A stretch of DNA of 64,000 nucleotides from Raja brachyura (Eukaryota), in contig OY740782.1 in the NCBI GenBank assembly GCA_963514005.1, positions 76,136,001 to 76,200,000 on the forward strand, read 5' to 3'. Positions 33,964 to 45,040 of the stretch are shown here, piece by piece. A program made the position numbers and the translations under genes. Under the pieces are notes generated by a model that saw only the letters and a program-made list of their open reading frames with translations, ran no database searches and was not told where the DNA came from. Numbering within the stretch: the first letter of the stretch is position 1; each line of letters opens with the position of its first letter.

Positions 33964-34150
33964 NNNNNNNNNNNNNNNNNNNNNNNNNNNNNNNNNNNNN
34001 NNNNNNNNNNNNNNNNNNNNNNNNNNNNNNNNNNNNNNNNNNNNNNNNNNNNNNNNNNNNNNNNNNNNNNNNNNNNNNNNNNNNNNNNNNNNNNNNNNNN
34101 NNNNNNNNNNNNNNNNNNNNNNNNNNNNNNNNNNNNNNNNNNNNNNNNNN
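33964..34150. other. Assembly gap
   Basis: Run of N. Confidence 1.
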
Positions 34151-35170
34151 ATTTTGAGATTTAAAAAATCAAGCCTGCAATTTATCCAATCAGATAAAGC
34201 ATAAAAAGAAGTTTAATTTGACACCTAATTTACATTAATATCTTCAGTATTAAGAAAGTTATGGCCATTTTCACACTCGGAAATTAGCATCTTGCTCCCC
34301 ATTGCCTTTCAATTGACTTAACTCAAAAGCTGTGATCTGGAAAAGTTAAAAGCCCATAACTTTATTAAAAATTAAGAGAACTCAATGAAATTTTCAGTTA
34401 TTATAGATTGAAGCATTCTGAAACAAATATTAAACAATCTTACTTGGATTACCTGAAATTAAAGCATATAATTAGTTAGTTATCTAATTGTAGCTAATTA
34501 CAAAATTCAATGAGTAGATCTAAACATCTATCCATTTCTTAAGAAAAGATAAACTTTTTTTAAATTGCCTAAGTGTCCAAATAACATTCACACAATAATC
34601 CACACTATAACATAATTTTTAAATCTCATTTTCATGAATTTCTAGGCCAAATGGAAGGAATTTAGTGTTTGATTCCTGTAAATTAATGGCCATTTAAATC
34701 AACTAGCGAGTGGGTTTTAGTGGAATGCGGTGGATTAGAACGTTGCGGTTAGCGGTGAAGTCGGGGGGAAAAATACTGTTTGTTCATAGATTTTTTGGGA
34801 CCCCATTTCGCAACATAAAAATATTATTAAAGCCTCCCGAAAAACCAACTTTTAATATAAAAATAAACTATTTACCTTTTTTTCTCCCCCAACGCAAAAT
34901 CCTTCCGGTTGTCGGCGCTCACGGCTTTTGAAGGTGATTTTTAAATTACTCTAGTTAATAAATAATCTAGAGTAATTTAAAAATACCTTCATTGATGAAA
35001 TGTCGGAGCGATTTTTCTTCCGCAACAAAATCGCCCGACATTCATCCATTATCCCTGTCTGTTGAAAAACGGCACTTTAAGCCCGCCCCCCTCTGAAAGG
35101 CGCCAAAGTCGCGCACACGGGGAGCGGCAGAAGTGCAGCGCCGCTAAAGGTAAGTTTTGCAACATACCTA
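34151..35170. mobile_element. Young non-autonomous DNA-transposon-like repeat (family unassigned; left end in gap)
   Basis: CpG-rich terminal region ending cagcgccgctaaaggtaagttttgcaacataccta, recalled as a common skate repeat end. No ORF. TIR and TSD cannot be checked because of the gap. Confidence 0.55.
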
Positions 35171-36688
35171 GTATTGTCATATTCCTTTTGATTCCATGGT
35201 CCGCCAAAACTACATGCTCAAACTCCGTTTTTTTTTCCATTTCGCTGGCGATTTCGCTTCTACATTCACAGATTTACGCCTCATTACATTTAGACATTTT
35301 TATGTACGCATTTTAAAAAAAAAATACTCCCCCCCCCCAAACACTCACTCATTTTAAAATCGAAACCGCATCTCACGAGCTGCTTACGTCACAATCCCAC
35401 ATGCCCAACAATCCCAAGCTGCTTCTCTCTCTTCATTTTCCAGCCCAGCTCCCCCTCACCCCTCCTCCAACTACGCTCGCACCTCCCGCAGCTGGACTCG
35501 CCCGCGCGCTCCCCGCCCCCAACTATGCTCGGGCCTCCCACAGCCGGACTCGCCCGCGCGCGCCCGCTCAAACCCCCCCCCCCCCCCCCCCGTTCTCAAA
35601 ATGCTCTGCTGATCGGGAGGTGAGATAAGGCATCAGTTCCGTGAAGCCCCGCCCGCCTACACACCCCTTCGGTCCCCTGCGCGCTCCAGAGAGTCACAAG
35701 CAGGATCTTTGGTCCCACAGCTCCACTCTCATGCCGGCATGCTCTGCAGATCGGGAGAAGAGATAAGGCGACCGCTGGGCGGGCGGGGTAAGGCCCGATC
35801 CTGGGGTGGTGAAGAGGGGGAGTCGGGAGGGAGAGGGGGGAATGGGGGAGGTGAGAAGGGAGAGTGTGGGAATAGAGGGAGAGGAGTGGGGGTCACAAGG
35901 AGTGGGGAATAGATGGACTGCCCCCACCCCTCTCCCCCTCCCTCCCCACTCTTTCCCCCTACCCCATCTCCTTGCTCCCCACTCTTCCCCCTCTCTCCCT
36001 TACCCCATCCCCTCCCCACCCTCCCATCCCCGCCAACTCCCCCTCCCTCCCCCCCACCTTCTTCCCCTCCACCTTCTTCCCCTCCCCATCCCCTCTCAGC
36101 CCCCTCTCCCACTCTCTCCCCTCCCATCTCTCACCCCACCCTCCCCCCCTCCCCCACCTCCCCTCCACCTCCTCTCCTGCCCTTCTGTCTTTGCCCCTTT
36201 CTCTCTCCCCATTCTCTCTCTGCNNNNNNNNNNNNNNNNNNNNNNNNNNNNNNNNNNNNNNNNNNNNNNNNNNNNNNNNNNNNNNNNNNNNNNNNNNNNN
36301 NNNNNNNNNNNNNNNNNNNNNNNNNNNNNNNNNNNNNNNNNNNNNNNNNNNNNNNNNNNNNNNNNNNNNNNNNNNNNNNNNNNNNNNNNNNNNNNNNNNN
36401 NNNNNCTCTTCCCCCGCCCCCACCCCTCTGTCCCTCAGCCACCACTCCCCCTACCTCCCCACTCTTCCACTTCTTTCCCCTTCCCCCACCCTTCTCCCTC
36501 CCCACCCCTCTCTCTCCCCCTCCCTCCCCCCTCTACCCCCACCCCTTTTTCCATACCCCTCTCTCCCTCTTCCACCACCCCCCCTCCCCCCCTCCCCCTC
36601 TCTCTCTCTCACCACTCCCCCCCTACCCCTCTCCCCCTCCCTCCCCACTCTTCCACTTCTCTCTCCCCAGTGTGTGTGATGCCACATG

Positions 36689-36720
<32 letters not shown>

Positions 36721-36770
36721 CACAACCGCACGTTGGAGGAACAGACCCAACGGGTCTGCATTTGGTCTAG
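35171..36770 (+). mobile_element. Non-autonomous Helitron-like unit 1
   Basis: 3' hairpin CAGACCC-AAC-GGGTCTG (36742-36758), then CTAG|T at 36767-36771. The 5' block 35185-35315 is repeated at 36810-36945. Confidence 0.7.
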
Positions 36771-37650
36771 TATACTTTTAAAACTGTGTGTTTGTGTCTG
36801 TCAGATTTGGCCTTTGATTTCATGGTTCGCCAATACCACACACTCAAACTCCAAGAAATTTTCCATTTACCTAGGCATTACACTTTTACATTCACGGATT
36901 CACTCCTCATTACATTTAGACCTTTTTATGTACACATTTTTTAATAAAAGAGGATTGGGGTGAAAGGGAATGGGGAATAGATGGACTGCCCCTACCTCTC
37001 CCTCTCCACCTCCCCACTCTTTCCCCTCTCTCTCCCTGCCCCTCTCCCACCCCATCTCCCTCCTCCCCTCCCTCCTTTCCCCATCCCTCTCTCCTCCCCA
37101 TCTCCCTCCTCCCCTCCCTCCTTTCCCCATCCCTCTCTCCTCCCCATCCCTCTCCCTCCCCTCCCACCCCCATTCCTCTCTCCCCCACCCCCATTCCTCT
37201 CTCCCCCACCCTTCCCCCTATCCCCCACCCTTCCCCTTCTCCCCCACCCTTCCCCCTCCCTCCCCTACCTCATCTCCCTCCTCCCCCCCTCCCTCACACC
37301 TCTCTCCCCCTCTCCTCCCCTCCCCACCCCTCTCTCCTCCCCCTCTCCATCTCCCTCTCCTCCCCCCATCCCTCTTTCCCCATCCCCCCTTCCCTCTCTC
37401 CCGCAGCACCCTTTCTGTCTGTCCCTCTTCCACCACTCCCCCTACCCCCCTTCCCGCTGTCTCTGCTCTCCTCCCCCTCCCCCCTCTCCTTCCCCAATCT
37501 CTCCCCTTTCCTCCTCCCCTCTCACCTCCCTCCCCTCCCCTCCCCCCCCCTCCCCCCACCCCACCCCATCCCTCCCTCGCCTGTGTGTTTGGGGAGTGGT
37601 TAGTGTGAGTGTGACGCTGCAGCCCCCCCCCCCCCCCCCCCCCCCGCAAA
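35920..37650. repeat. C/T-rich low-complexity tracts and poly-C runs
   Basis: Extreme pyrimidine/purine strand asymmetry at 35920-36720 and 36990-37650. Confidence 0.95.
36224..36405. other. Assembly gap
   Basis: Run of N inside a C-rich tract. Confidence 1.
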
Positions 37651-37669
37651 CACGCGTTTGGGGGAACAG

Positions 37670-37671
<2 letters not shown>
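36771..37671 (+). mobile_element. Helitron-like unit 2, head-to-tail with unit 1, 3' hairpin truncated
   Basis: Starts tatacttttaaaactgtgtg. Shares the 5' block, the ggggaatagatggactgcccc segment, the C-rich tract, poly-C and ggggaacagac with unit 1. Confidence 0.65.

Positions 37672-37673
<2 letters not shown>

Positions 37674-37718
<45 letters not shown>
37674..37718. repeat. (TG)n microsatellite
   Basis: About 22 perfect TG units. Confidence 0.98.
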
Positions 37719-37720
<2 letters not shown>

Positions 37721-37739
37721 ACGTGCGTTTGTGTGTGTT

Positions 37740-37990
37740 CCATTTCTCCATTGCCCTCTATTCCTTCCTCTATCAAATATTTATCTACATCCACTTTAAA
37801 TCCTGATAATGATCCAGCTACCACCACCCATTGGAGCAGAGAATTACAGTGAGTCACCTGACTCCGTGAAGACGTTTCTATATTCCTCTGTTTTTAGTAC
37901 CTGGCTCAGTTATGTCCCATTGTAGTTATGTCCCTTTGTTTAATCAATTTTCTCAATCATCAAATTCTTCCTATCCGTATCTTTGCCTTT
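37740..37990 (-). mobile_element. Old CR1 fragment
   Basis: tatcaaatatttatct..ccaccacccattggagcagagaattacag pattern. Confidence 0.55.
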
Positions 37991-38059
37991 ATTTAATTTT
38001 AAGACACTAGCTTCAAACCTGTCTTTTTCAATCTCAAACTTAATATTGTCTCCAATATC

Positions 38060-39230
38060 TCTGCCACATTTGACAAGATCTTATCAGCGGTCACATCGTC
38101 CCATCTCCACCCCTTTCCACTTTGTGCAAAGACCACTCTCTCCGCAATTCCTTGGTTCACTCATCCCTTCCCACCCAAACTGCTCTCTCCCCAGGAACAC
38201 CTCACTGCAATCACAGGAAATGGAACACCCATTCTTACACCTCCTCCCTTACCTCCATCCAGGCACCCAGGAGCCTTTCCAGATGAGACAGAGGTTCACA
38301 TACACCTCTTCTGATCTAATCTGCTTCATTCAGTCCTGATGTGGCTTCTTTTACATCAGAGAGACTGAGCCATGACTAGGCGATCATTTTAATGAACACT
38401 TACACCAAGGAATGTTGGATCTTCCGGTTGTAAACCATTTTAACTCCCATTCCCATACGGACCTTCCTGTCCTGGGGCTCTACCATTGCCAGTGTGAGGC
38501 CACATTCAAACTATAGTAACAGCATCTTAGATTCCACTTGGGTAGTTTACAATGATGTGAACATTCAATTCTCTAATTTTAATTTTAAGTCATGCCCAAC
38601 CTACTATCCCTTCTCCCCACCCCCACCTCGGTGTGCACCCATTTCTCCCAATATACTGCCCCTCTTTCCCCCTCTTGCCCCGTGTTCCCTATCACATATA
38701 TTCCTCCCTGTATCATTACATTTCACTCTTCTTCTCTCCTTATCTAACTATTGAATCTTCTTTTCATCTCTGATTTATCCACCCATTGGCAATAAAATTC
38801 CCCTCACCTGTATCCACTTATCACTTGCGTAGGGAGGAACTGCAGATGCTGGTTTACACCAAAGAAAGCTGGACTAACTCAGCGGGTCAGGCAGCGTCGC
38901 AGGAGAAAAGGAATGGGTGACGTTTTGGGTCAAGACCCTTTTTCAGATTGGAGAAAAGTCTCAACTTGAACTGGCACCTATTATTTTTCTCCCGAGATGC
39001 TCTCTGACCCGCTGAATTCCTCCAGCTTTTTGTGTCTATCTCTACACATCACTTGCTTTGTCCCACTCACACCTCTTTTCCAGCTTCCCCCACCCCACTA
39101 TAATCAGTCTGAAGAACGGCCCTGACCTAAAATGTTGTTAGTCCCCTACACAGATACTGCTTGACCCACTGAGTTAGTCCAGCTCTTTGTGTGTTGCTCA
39201 AGATTCCTGCAACTGCAGTTCCTTGTGTCT
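38060..39230 (+). mobile_element. Penelope-like element 3' part: degraded GIY-YIG endonuclease + pLTR
   Basis: Frameshifted PSPPLS...DHSLRNSLVHSSLP...FQMRQRFTYTSSDLICFIQ..CG..YI.ET...LGDHF.EHL (GIY-YIG: LIY.I.C..C...YIGET). pLTR with a degenerate hammerhead at 39109. Confidence 0.85.
38829..39047. mobile_element. Inverted (hairpin) pLTR pair with 9-bp TSD, nested in the Penelope relic
   Basis: ATCACTTGC at 38820-38828 and 39048-39056. The left arm is the reverse complement of the right arm, with hammerhead remnants at the centre. Confidence 0.8.
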
Positions 39231-39399
39231 CGACAGTTGATAAAAAGAGGAAGGGGGGAGTGTAAATGCAGACAGTTGTTTAAGGAATGCCCATTCAATT
39301 GAGGTAAGAATTTCCTGGGTAAAGGGGACCCGAGAGAGTGAGAAAAAGCTGATATACGACTGCCACATTGTTGTTTCTTTTTTAATGAACTGTCTGCAT

Positions 39400-39532
39400 T
39401 TGCTCCTCCCCCTTTCCTATCAACCATCTCCCCTCTTTTCTATCAGTCTGAAGCAGGGCCCCGATGCAAGACATCTTCCCTCCACAGATGCTGCCTGACC
39501 CGCTGAGTTCCTCCAGCAGTTTGTTTTTTTGC
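39400..39532 (+). mobile_element. Penelope pLTR fragment
   Basis: cagtctgaagcaggg...cagatgctgcctgacccgctgagttcctccagc. Confidence 0.75.
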
Positions 39533-42500
39533 TATTTATAATTTGCCCTGAATTTAAAGGCAGATATTCATTCTGCAAGGTTCATAATGTACATGCGTGT
39601 GTTTACTTTTGATGTTTTGTTAATTTTTTGAATTGCAATGAAAATTGGAGTGGGTCATATGTCACTGGAAAGGACATTGTCTCTTTAAAAAATAAAATAG
39701 GTATGCTGGATTACAATCGATATATCATATAAAAGTGATATACTAGGACTATTACCAGCTGGGGGCTCTACCGGGCTCTTTGAATGGAAGAAGGCTGACA
39801 GCAACATCTATTTGTAACATGAAAAGAGAATCATACATGCAGAATACATATTCGGCCTCATTCTGTATATAAATCAGAATGTACTGGTAGTCTGATACAT
39901 TCTTTTCGGAGACACAATAAATGATTGAGTGAAATGCAATTGTATGAAGTCTCTACTCTGAAATAAGTAAAATATTGATACTTGTGTCTCATTTAATCAA
40001 CAGCAGTCACAAAGACAGTGTTTTTTCCCCTATCATCGATTTGCAAGTCCAAAGGTGATAAATATTATCTTTATACTGATATTCACTTGACATTTCTGTA
40101 ATAGTAATTGTATTCACATGTCAGGCTGCAAGAAATTTGTTTAACATTCATTATAAATTCGGAGAGTAGAAACAATAACTCCACTTCTCGCTGACTGAGA
40201 GCAAGTGGCACCGGGGGATGTCACCCCCCTTGGAAATTCTGAAAGGCTGGGGCACCGGACTTCATAATAAATTGAGAGTAGGAGGAATACTTTTTGAATA
40301 TTGCTTATTAAATTGGACAAAAGCTGTCTTGCTCCTGGTGATGTCTCAAGATGCCCTCTGCCTGCATGCAAACTGCGTGTATGACTGAGAGCCATTTGCA
40401 TTACCCTGCAGTCATTTTTATATGTGAAGGTAATGAAGTTGTCAGTGCTGCCTCAGTATGGCAGAACTGATATTCAAATGGAGTGTCCCCAGCTGATCTG
40501 TAAGCCCCTGTATTACCAACTGAATGATCCAATTATGCACAGCAACTGCAGCTTTGTTTCTATGTAGGCGACAATATGTCCACCCTGGGATTTGAATGCT
40601 ACAGTACAATTAATCCATTGACTGCTAATGAATGTGGCTGAGTCATGCTGTATATACATACATATATATTTATATATGTATACATTTGTATGTGTGTGTC
40701 GAATGCAAATGTCTGTTTTTATGTGTCCGCCAGTGCTTGTTGCCTGCCTGCCTGCCTGCCTAAAAACATTTATTCAAAGCTGGTTTCGGATTTCTGTTTT
40801 TTCCACCTTATATAAAGAATTACAAAACCAATGAGGAAATAAAGATTTCAATCAGGACATCTGCGGAAAGATGAAAAGGCCAGCCAATAGGAACTGATGT
40901 GGCTGAAGTGCCACTCTCAATGGGTTCGGACAAAACTGAAAAATGTTGGTAATATCAGATCTATTGGCTGATTACTGAAGCGTTCGATTTTTGCAGTGTC
41001 AATTCATCAATGTCCACCTGGTTATATTTAACACTTTCTCCCATTTCCAATGCATCTGCTGGGATTGCCAATCTTTGTCACATGATATCTGCCTCACGGA
41101 AAGGTCATTGGACCATTGTGGGACCTCATGGTTGCTGCCCCCAGCTGGCTTCCTGCTCGGCCTGCCATGGCTGACAGCAGATGGAGCCAGGGTATCTCAC
41201 TGGGCCAAGTGGGACTACAGCTCCAGCTCGTGAAATATTAATGGAGCAAGTCACGCTATCAATACCCTCTGCCTGACTACCCTTCCCTGCTCTTGCACAA
41301 CCTAATCGTTTTCTTTTTTAAGTAAAAATTTTATCCATGTTTTGTCAGCTAGTGCTAATAATAATGACTTTGTGATTTTTATCGGCAGCCTTGTACGCCG
41401 GAATCAAATCTTACCTCTTTACCATGCCAATTCATCAGTGGGGTTAAGACTGCTGCTCACTGCCACACACTCTTGCCAGAGACAAATGGCTTTAGAAATT
41501 TAAAATCAATCATTAACAGATTAGCTGTTAGTTCAAAGTAAATAGCAATCACCCTATTAAGCATCAGCCTGAGTGTGATAAAGGTGAAGGGTAATTGAGA
41601 ACGAGGATGTTTTGGGGTAATGTGCTTGTAGGACAGTCCAACCAAAGGCAGCTTCTTTGTTTGTTTCACTAATTACAGATGGAAAGTGCCATTGTGAGAA
41701 TGCCCAGAATACACTGCGAGCACAGATGCTAAGGCACCATACAGACAGAACAGTGGCAGCTAACTGACACCTCAGTCCTCAATTAATTTTGGTCTGTCAC
41801 ACTGAATCTCCACAATCTGCTGCCAAATTAACCCTTCTGAGTACTTATTTGTTGAAACGATGTTTGCTGTTTTTTGGTAAGTCCAAAATCCAAAGGTAGC
41901 ATGGATGGCGAATGTTAAATTCTCTGCTCATGGAAATTCGATGGATAGGAACTTCTTATCATATAACAATGGATATGACACTATTAATATCAGATAATAT
42001 TTATAAAATATCTTATCAGTAAATTCTGTGCCTGCAAGTAGCATCCAAATTCAGAGTGATGAGAAGAGTAAACATCACTAATTTTGGAAACAAATACAAA
42101 AAAAATGTATGTTAAATTATCAATAAAATAATGCAAAGAGCCAGAAATTAAAAATGTTTGACTTTAAAATGTTATATATAATTTGTTGGTTGTCTTGATG
42201 GTATCTTAATTATCTCAGCAAGAGTATACAAGATGAATTTTTATTTTCAGTAAGCCAAAGTTTGGTCCATTTTTATCCGTGCGGATAACCACAGTTGTAA
42301 AAAATTCCCTGATTTCCCTGATTTCACGCAAAATGCAACGGTAATCTTCCCCATGCTTGTGAAGACAGGTTGTTTAATACTTGGAAATACTAATGAACGC
42401 TAACTTAATGGAAAGGTTTCATTTTGAAGCATTTCTTTCCTGTTAAAAACACAATGAACATTTAGAACAACATTTTAGATAAATATTTTGTATTTTAAAA

Positions 42501-43221
42501 ATATATTAGAGATTTGTACAGTACCTAGGGCAATGATTAAGCCCTACTGGCCTGAGCCAGCTCCTTCCATCTGCTGGTCTACTGAACTTGCCTCGGTCAA
42601 TATTTCTATATTTTTCTTTGCAACGGGGAACATCTTAATTGGAGTTGTCCTTTAAGCTGCTGGTACACTGTGTTTATGGCAGCACTGGGGAAGTACTAAA
42701 AGGTAAAAGGTGAGGCTGTGAATGAGTTCAAGGGTCAATGACTAGCTGGTGGCAATAAAATTATATTAACTTTAATACCATGACATTTAATATTACATCT
42801 CTCTAATTTTAGGCAATCAAGGATTCCCAGGGCAGCTTTGAAGTACAATAAAGTTCCTTCCTTGTTCTGTGACTCCCATGACCTGGGCTGCATCTAACAC
42901 AACACATTTCAGATAATATCTCTGTGGCCAAAGATGGAGGGGCTAGTTTCAAACTAGGATATCAAAGTTTCAAGAAAATGCCTGTCGTCAAAGATCAATA
43001 ACCTTAAAATATATTTCACTTATATTGTTCTGACAAGAACTTGAAGTAGATTTGTGCTGTTCAGTTCAGTTTATTTATTGTCACGTGTACCGAGGTACTG
43101 AGAAAAAATTCTGTCTGTATGTTAGTCCTACATCCTTTTTGAAATGCCATAATTTTTCTTGTTATGGCTTTTCTCATTTGTCCAAATGGACTATATTTAA
43201 TATTTAAAATGAGACGGAAGA

Positions 43222-43530
43222 GGCAGCACAGTGGCACAGCAGGTAGAACTCCACCTAAATCATGGGTTTGATCATGACCTCAGAGGTTGTCTGTGTGGAG
43301 TTTGCACATTCTCCCTGTGACCTCATGGGTTTCATCCGGATGCTCTGGTTTTCTCCCACATCTCAAAGACGTGTGGGATTGTAGGTTAATTGGCTGCTGT
43401 AAATTGCCCCTAGTGTATAGGGAGTAGATGCAAAAGTGGGATAACATAGAACTAGTGTGAATGGGTGATTGATGGTCAGCATGGACTCGGTGGGCTGAGG
43501 GGCCTGTTGCCACGTTGTACCTTTAAATAA
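43222..43530 (+). mobile_element. HE1-type V-SINE
   Basis: Same head, V-domain and tail as 21155-21452. Confidence 0.88.
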
Positions 43531-45024
43531 AAAAAATTAAATTACCTAAAAGAACTGGTTTCGACGGAATCACTGTGCGAACATAAGCACAAGGTGATGA
43601 CCAAAGCCAATGCAGTCAAATAAAATCTGAGTGGAGGTGTTCTCAGTTCCCACATATTTAAACTGAACCTTTAATGTCATCTGGAATAAAATATGAAGGA
43701 TTCTTATACTGTGAAAACAGCACAAGACACATTATGTTGGGTACATAATCTGTTGTTCAACCCACTCCAAATGGTTAAATTTCCAAGTCTTACACAAGTC
43801 ATAAACAATAGTAAGCCCGATGTTCCTTTATAAACTACTCTGCATTTGAATTTTGCTTCACATATCATATATACAACAACATAAGTTAATAAGAGCACGC
43901 AAATTAAAAAAATACCTTAAGCCTGAGATTTTGACAATCTATAATTATGTTCCCCTTTTGTGCACTAACTCACTCCATCTTCGACAGAAGTAAAATATGC
44001 AGATTTTCAAAAGAGGTGCAATTCTGTGAAACTTCCACCTGGTGCAATGAGCAGTCTGTGGGCACACAATGTGTATTCATTCGTGACTGTATGAGACTGA
44101 CTCCTTAGCTGGTGCTTTGGCTGAGTTCACACAGCAGTGAGCTTCTCCATCTTGGAAAGCTGAAAATACCAGTGTTGGCTGGAGCTTCACTTTACATGAG
44201 ATGCTCATTTATTGATCTAATTCTAAAACATAATGGAAAGGAGTCACCGAGACGCCCCTTAACTCATTCCCTTAGCTAACTACACCATTTGGAAAAATAC
44301 ATCCAGTGGTAAGAGAAACTCAAAAAGAAGCAAAAGAGAATTTGAATAAAAGGGGTAACATTTGACCTCTGCCTTGTAAAGCCTACTTTGTAACAGTTTT
44401 AAAACAAAAGGAATGATCAACAAAGGTAATCTTAGACCTAATTTAGCTTGTCAGTGGAGAGGAAATAAGCAACAATGGATGACGGCTGATAAAGGGTGAC
44501 TTTCTGTTTCTTTCTCGAGCCTTCAGTAAAAGAGAAAAGGTGATTACAATATATGAGGTGTAATCGTCCATAGGACTAGAGAAATGTGCTGAAAGCCAAT
44601 GTGATTAAGAGAGGCTGCTTGTGAATACTAATAGAACAGACAAAACATAGGAGCATATGTGGCTTATTACTCTCCTACAAATTTCCTGCATACACGAGTG
44701 CAGCAGCTGCAGTAATAAAACAAATAGAATCTCTTTGAATTTAAAAATGTACCGTATTTCAAATATAATTTAGTTTTGAAAGAAAGAGAGAGGGAGAGAG
44801 AGGAAAATAATCAGAAATTGTAAGTGTCCATATCTCTATGTTGAGACGCTCCTGCTTCTTTTGGAAATAGATCACAGGGCAAAAGCTACAGAGCATTCTA
44901 TCTATTAATTGAAGTAAAGGAACAATATGCTTCAAATTCTCTGCTACATACAAAAGGTCAGAAGAACGAAACTACAAACGTTTTCCATGATTAAAATTTG
45001 AAAGCATTCTGTGTATCTGCGAAA

Positions 45025-45040
45025 TGTTGCTATAGCAACA
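45025..45040. promoter_or_regulatory. Perfect palindromic RFX X-box
   Basis: TGTTGCTATAGCAACA. A second, imperfect site GCTACCATGACAAC lies at 45218-45231. Confidence 0.6.

Noticed and set aside
35694-37857. Long Pro-rich and Gly/Glu-rich ORFs (up to 385 aa)
   Set aside because: Artefacts of C/T low-complexity tracts and an N gap; open in many frames on both strands.
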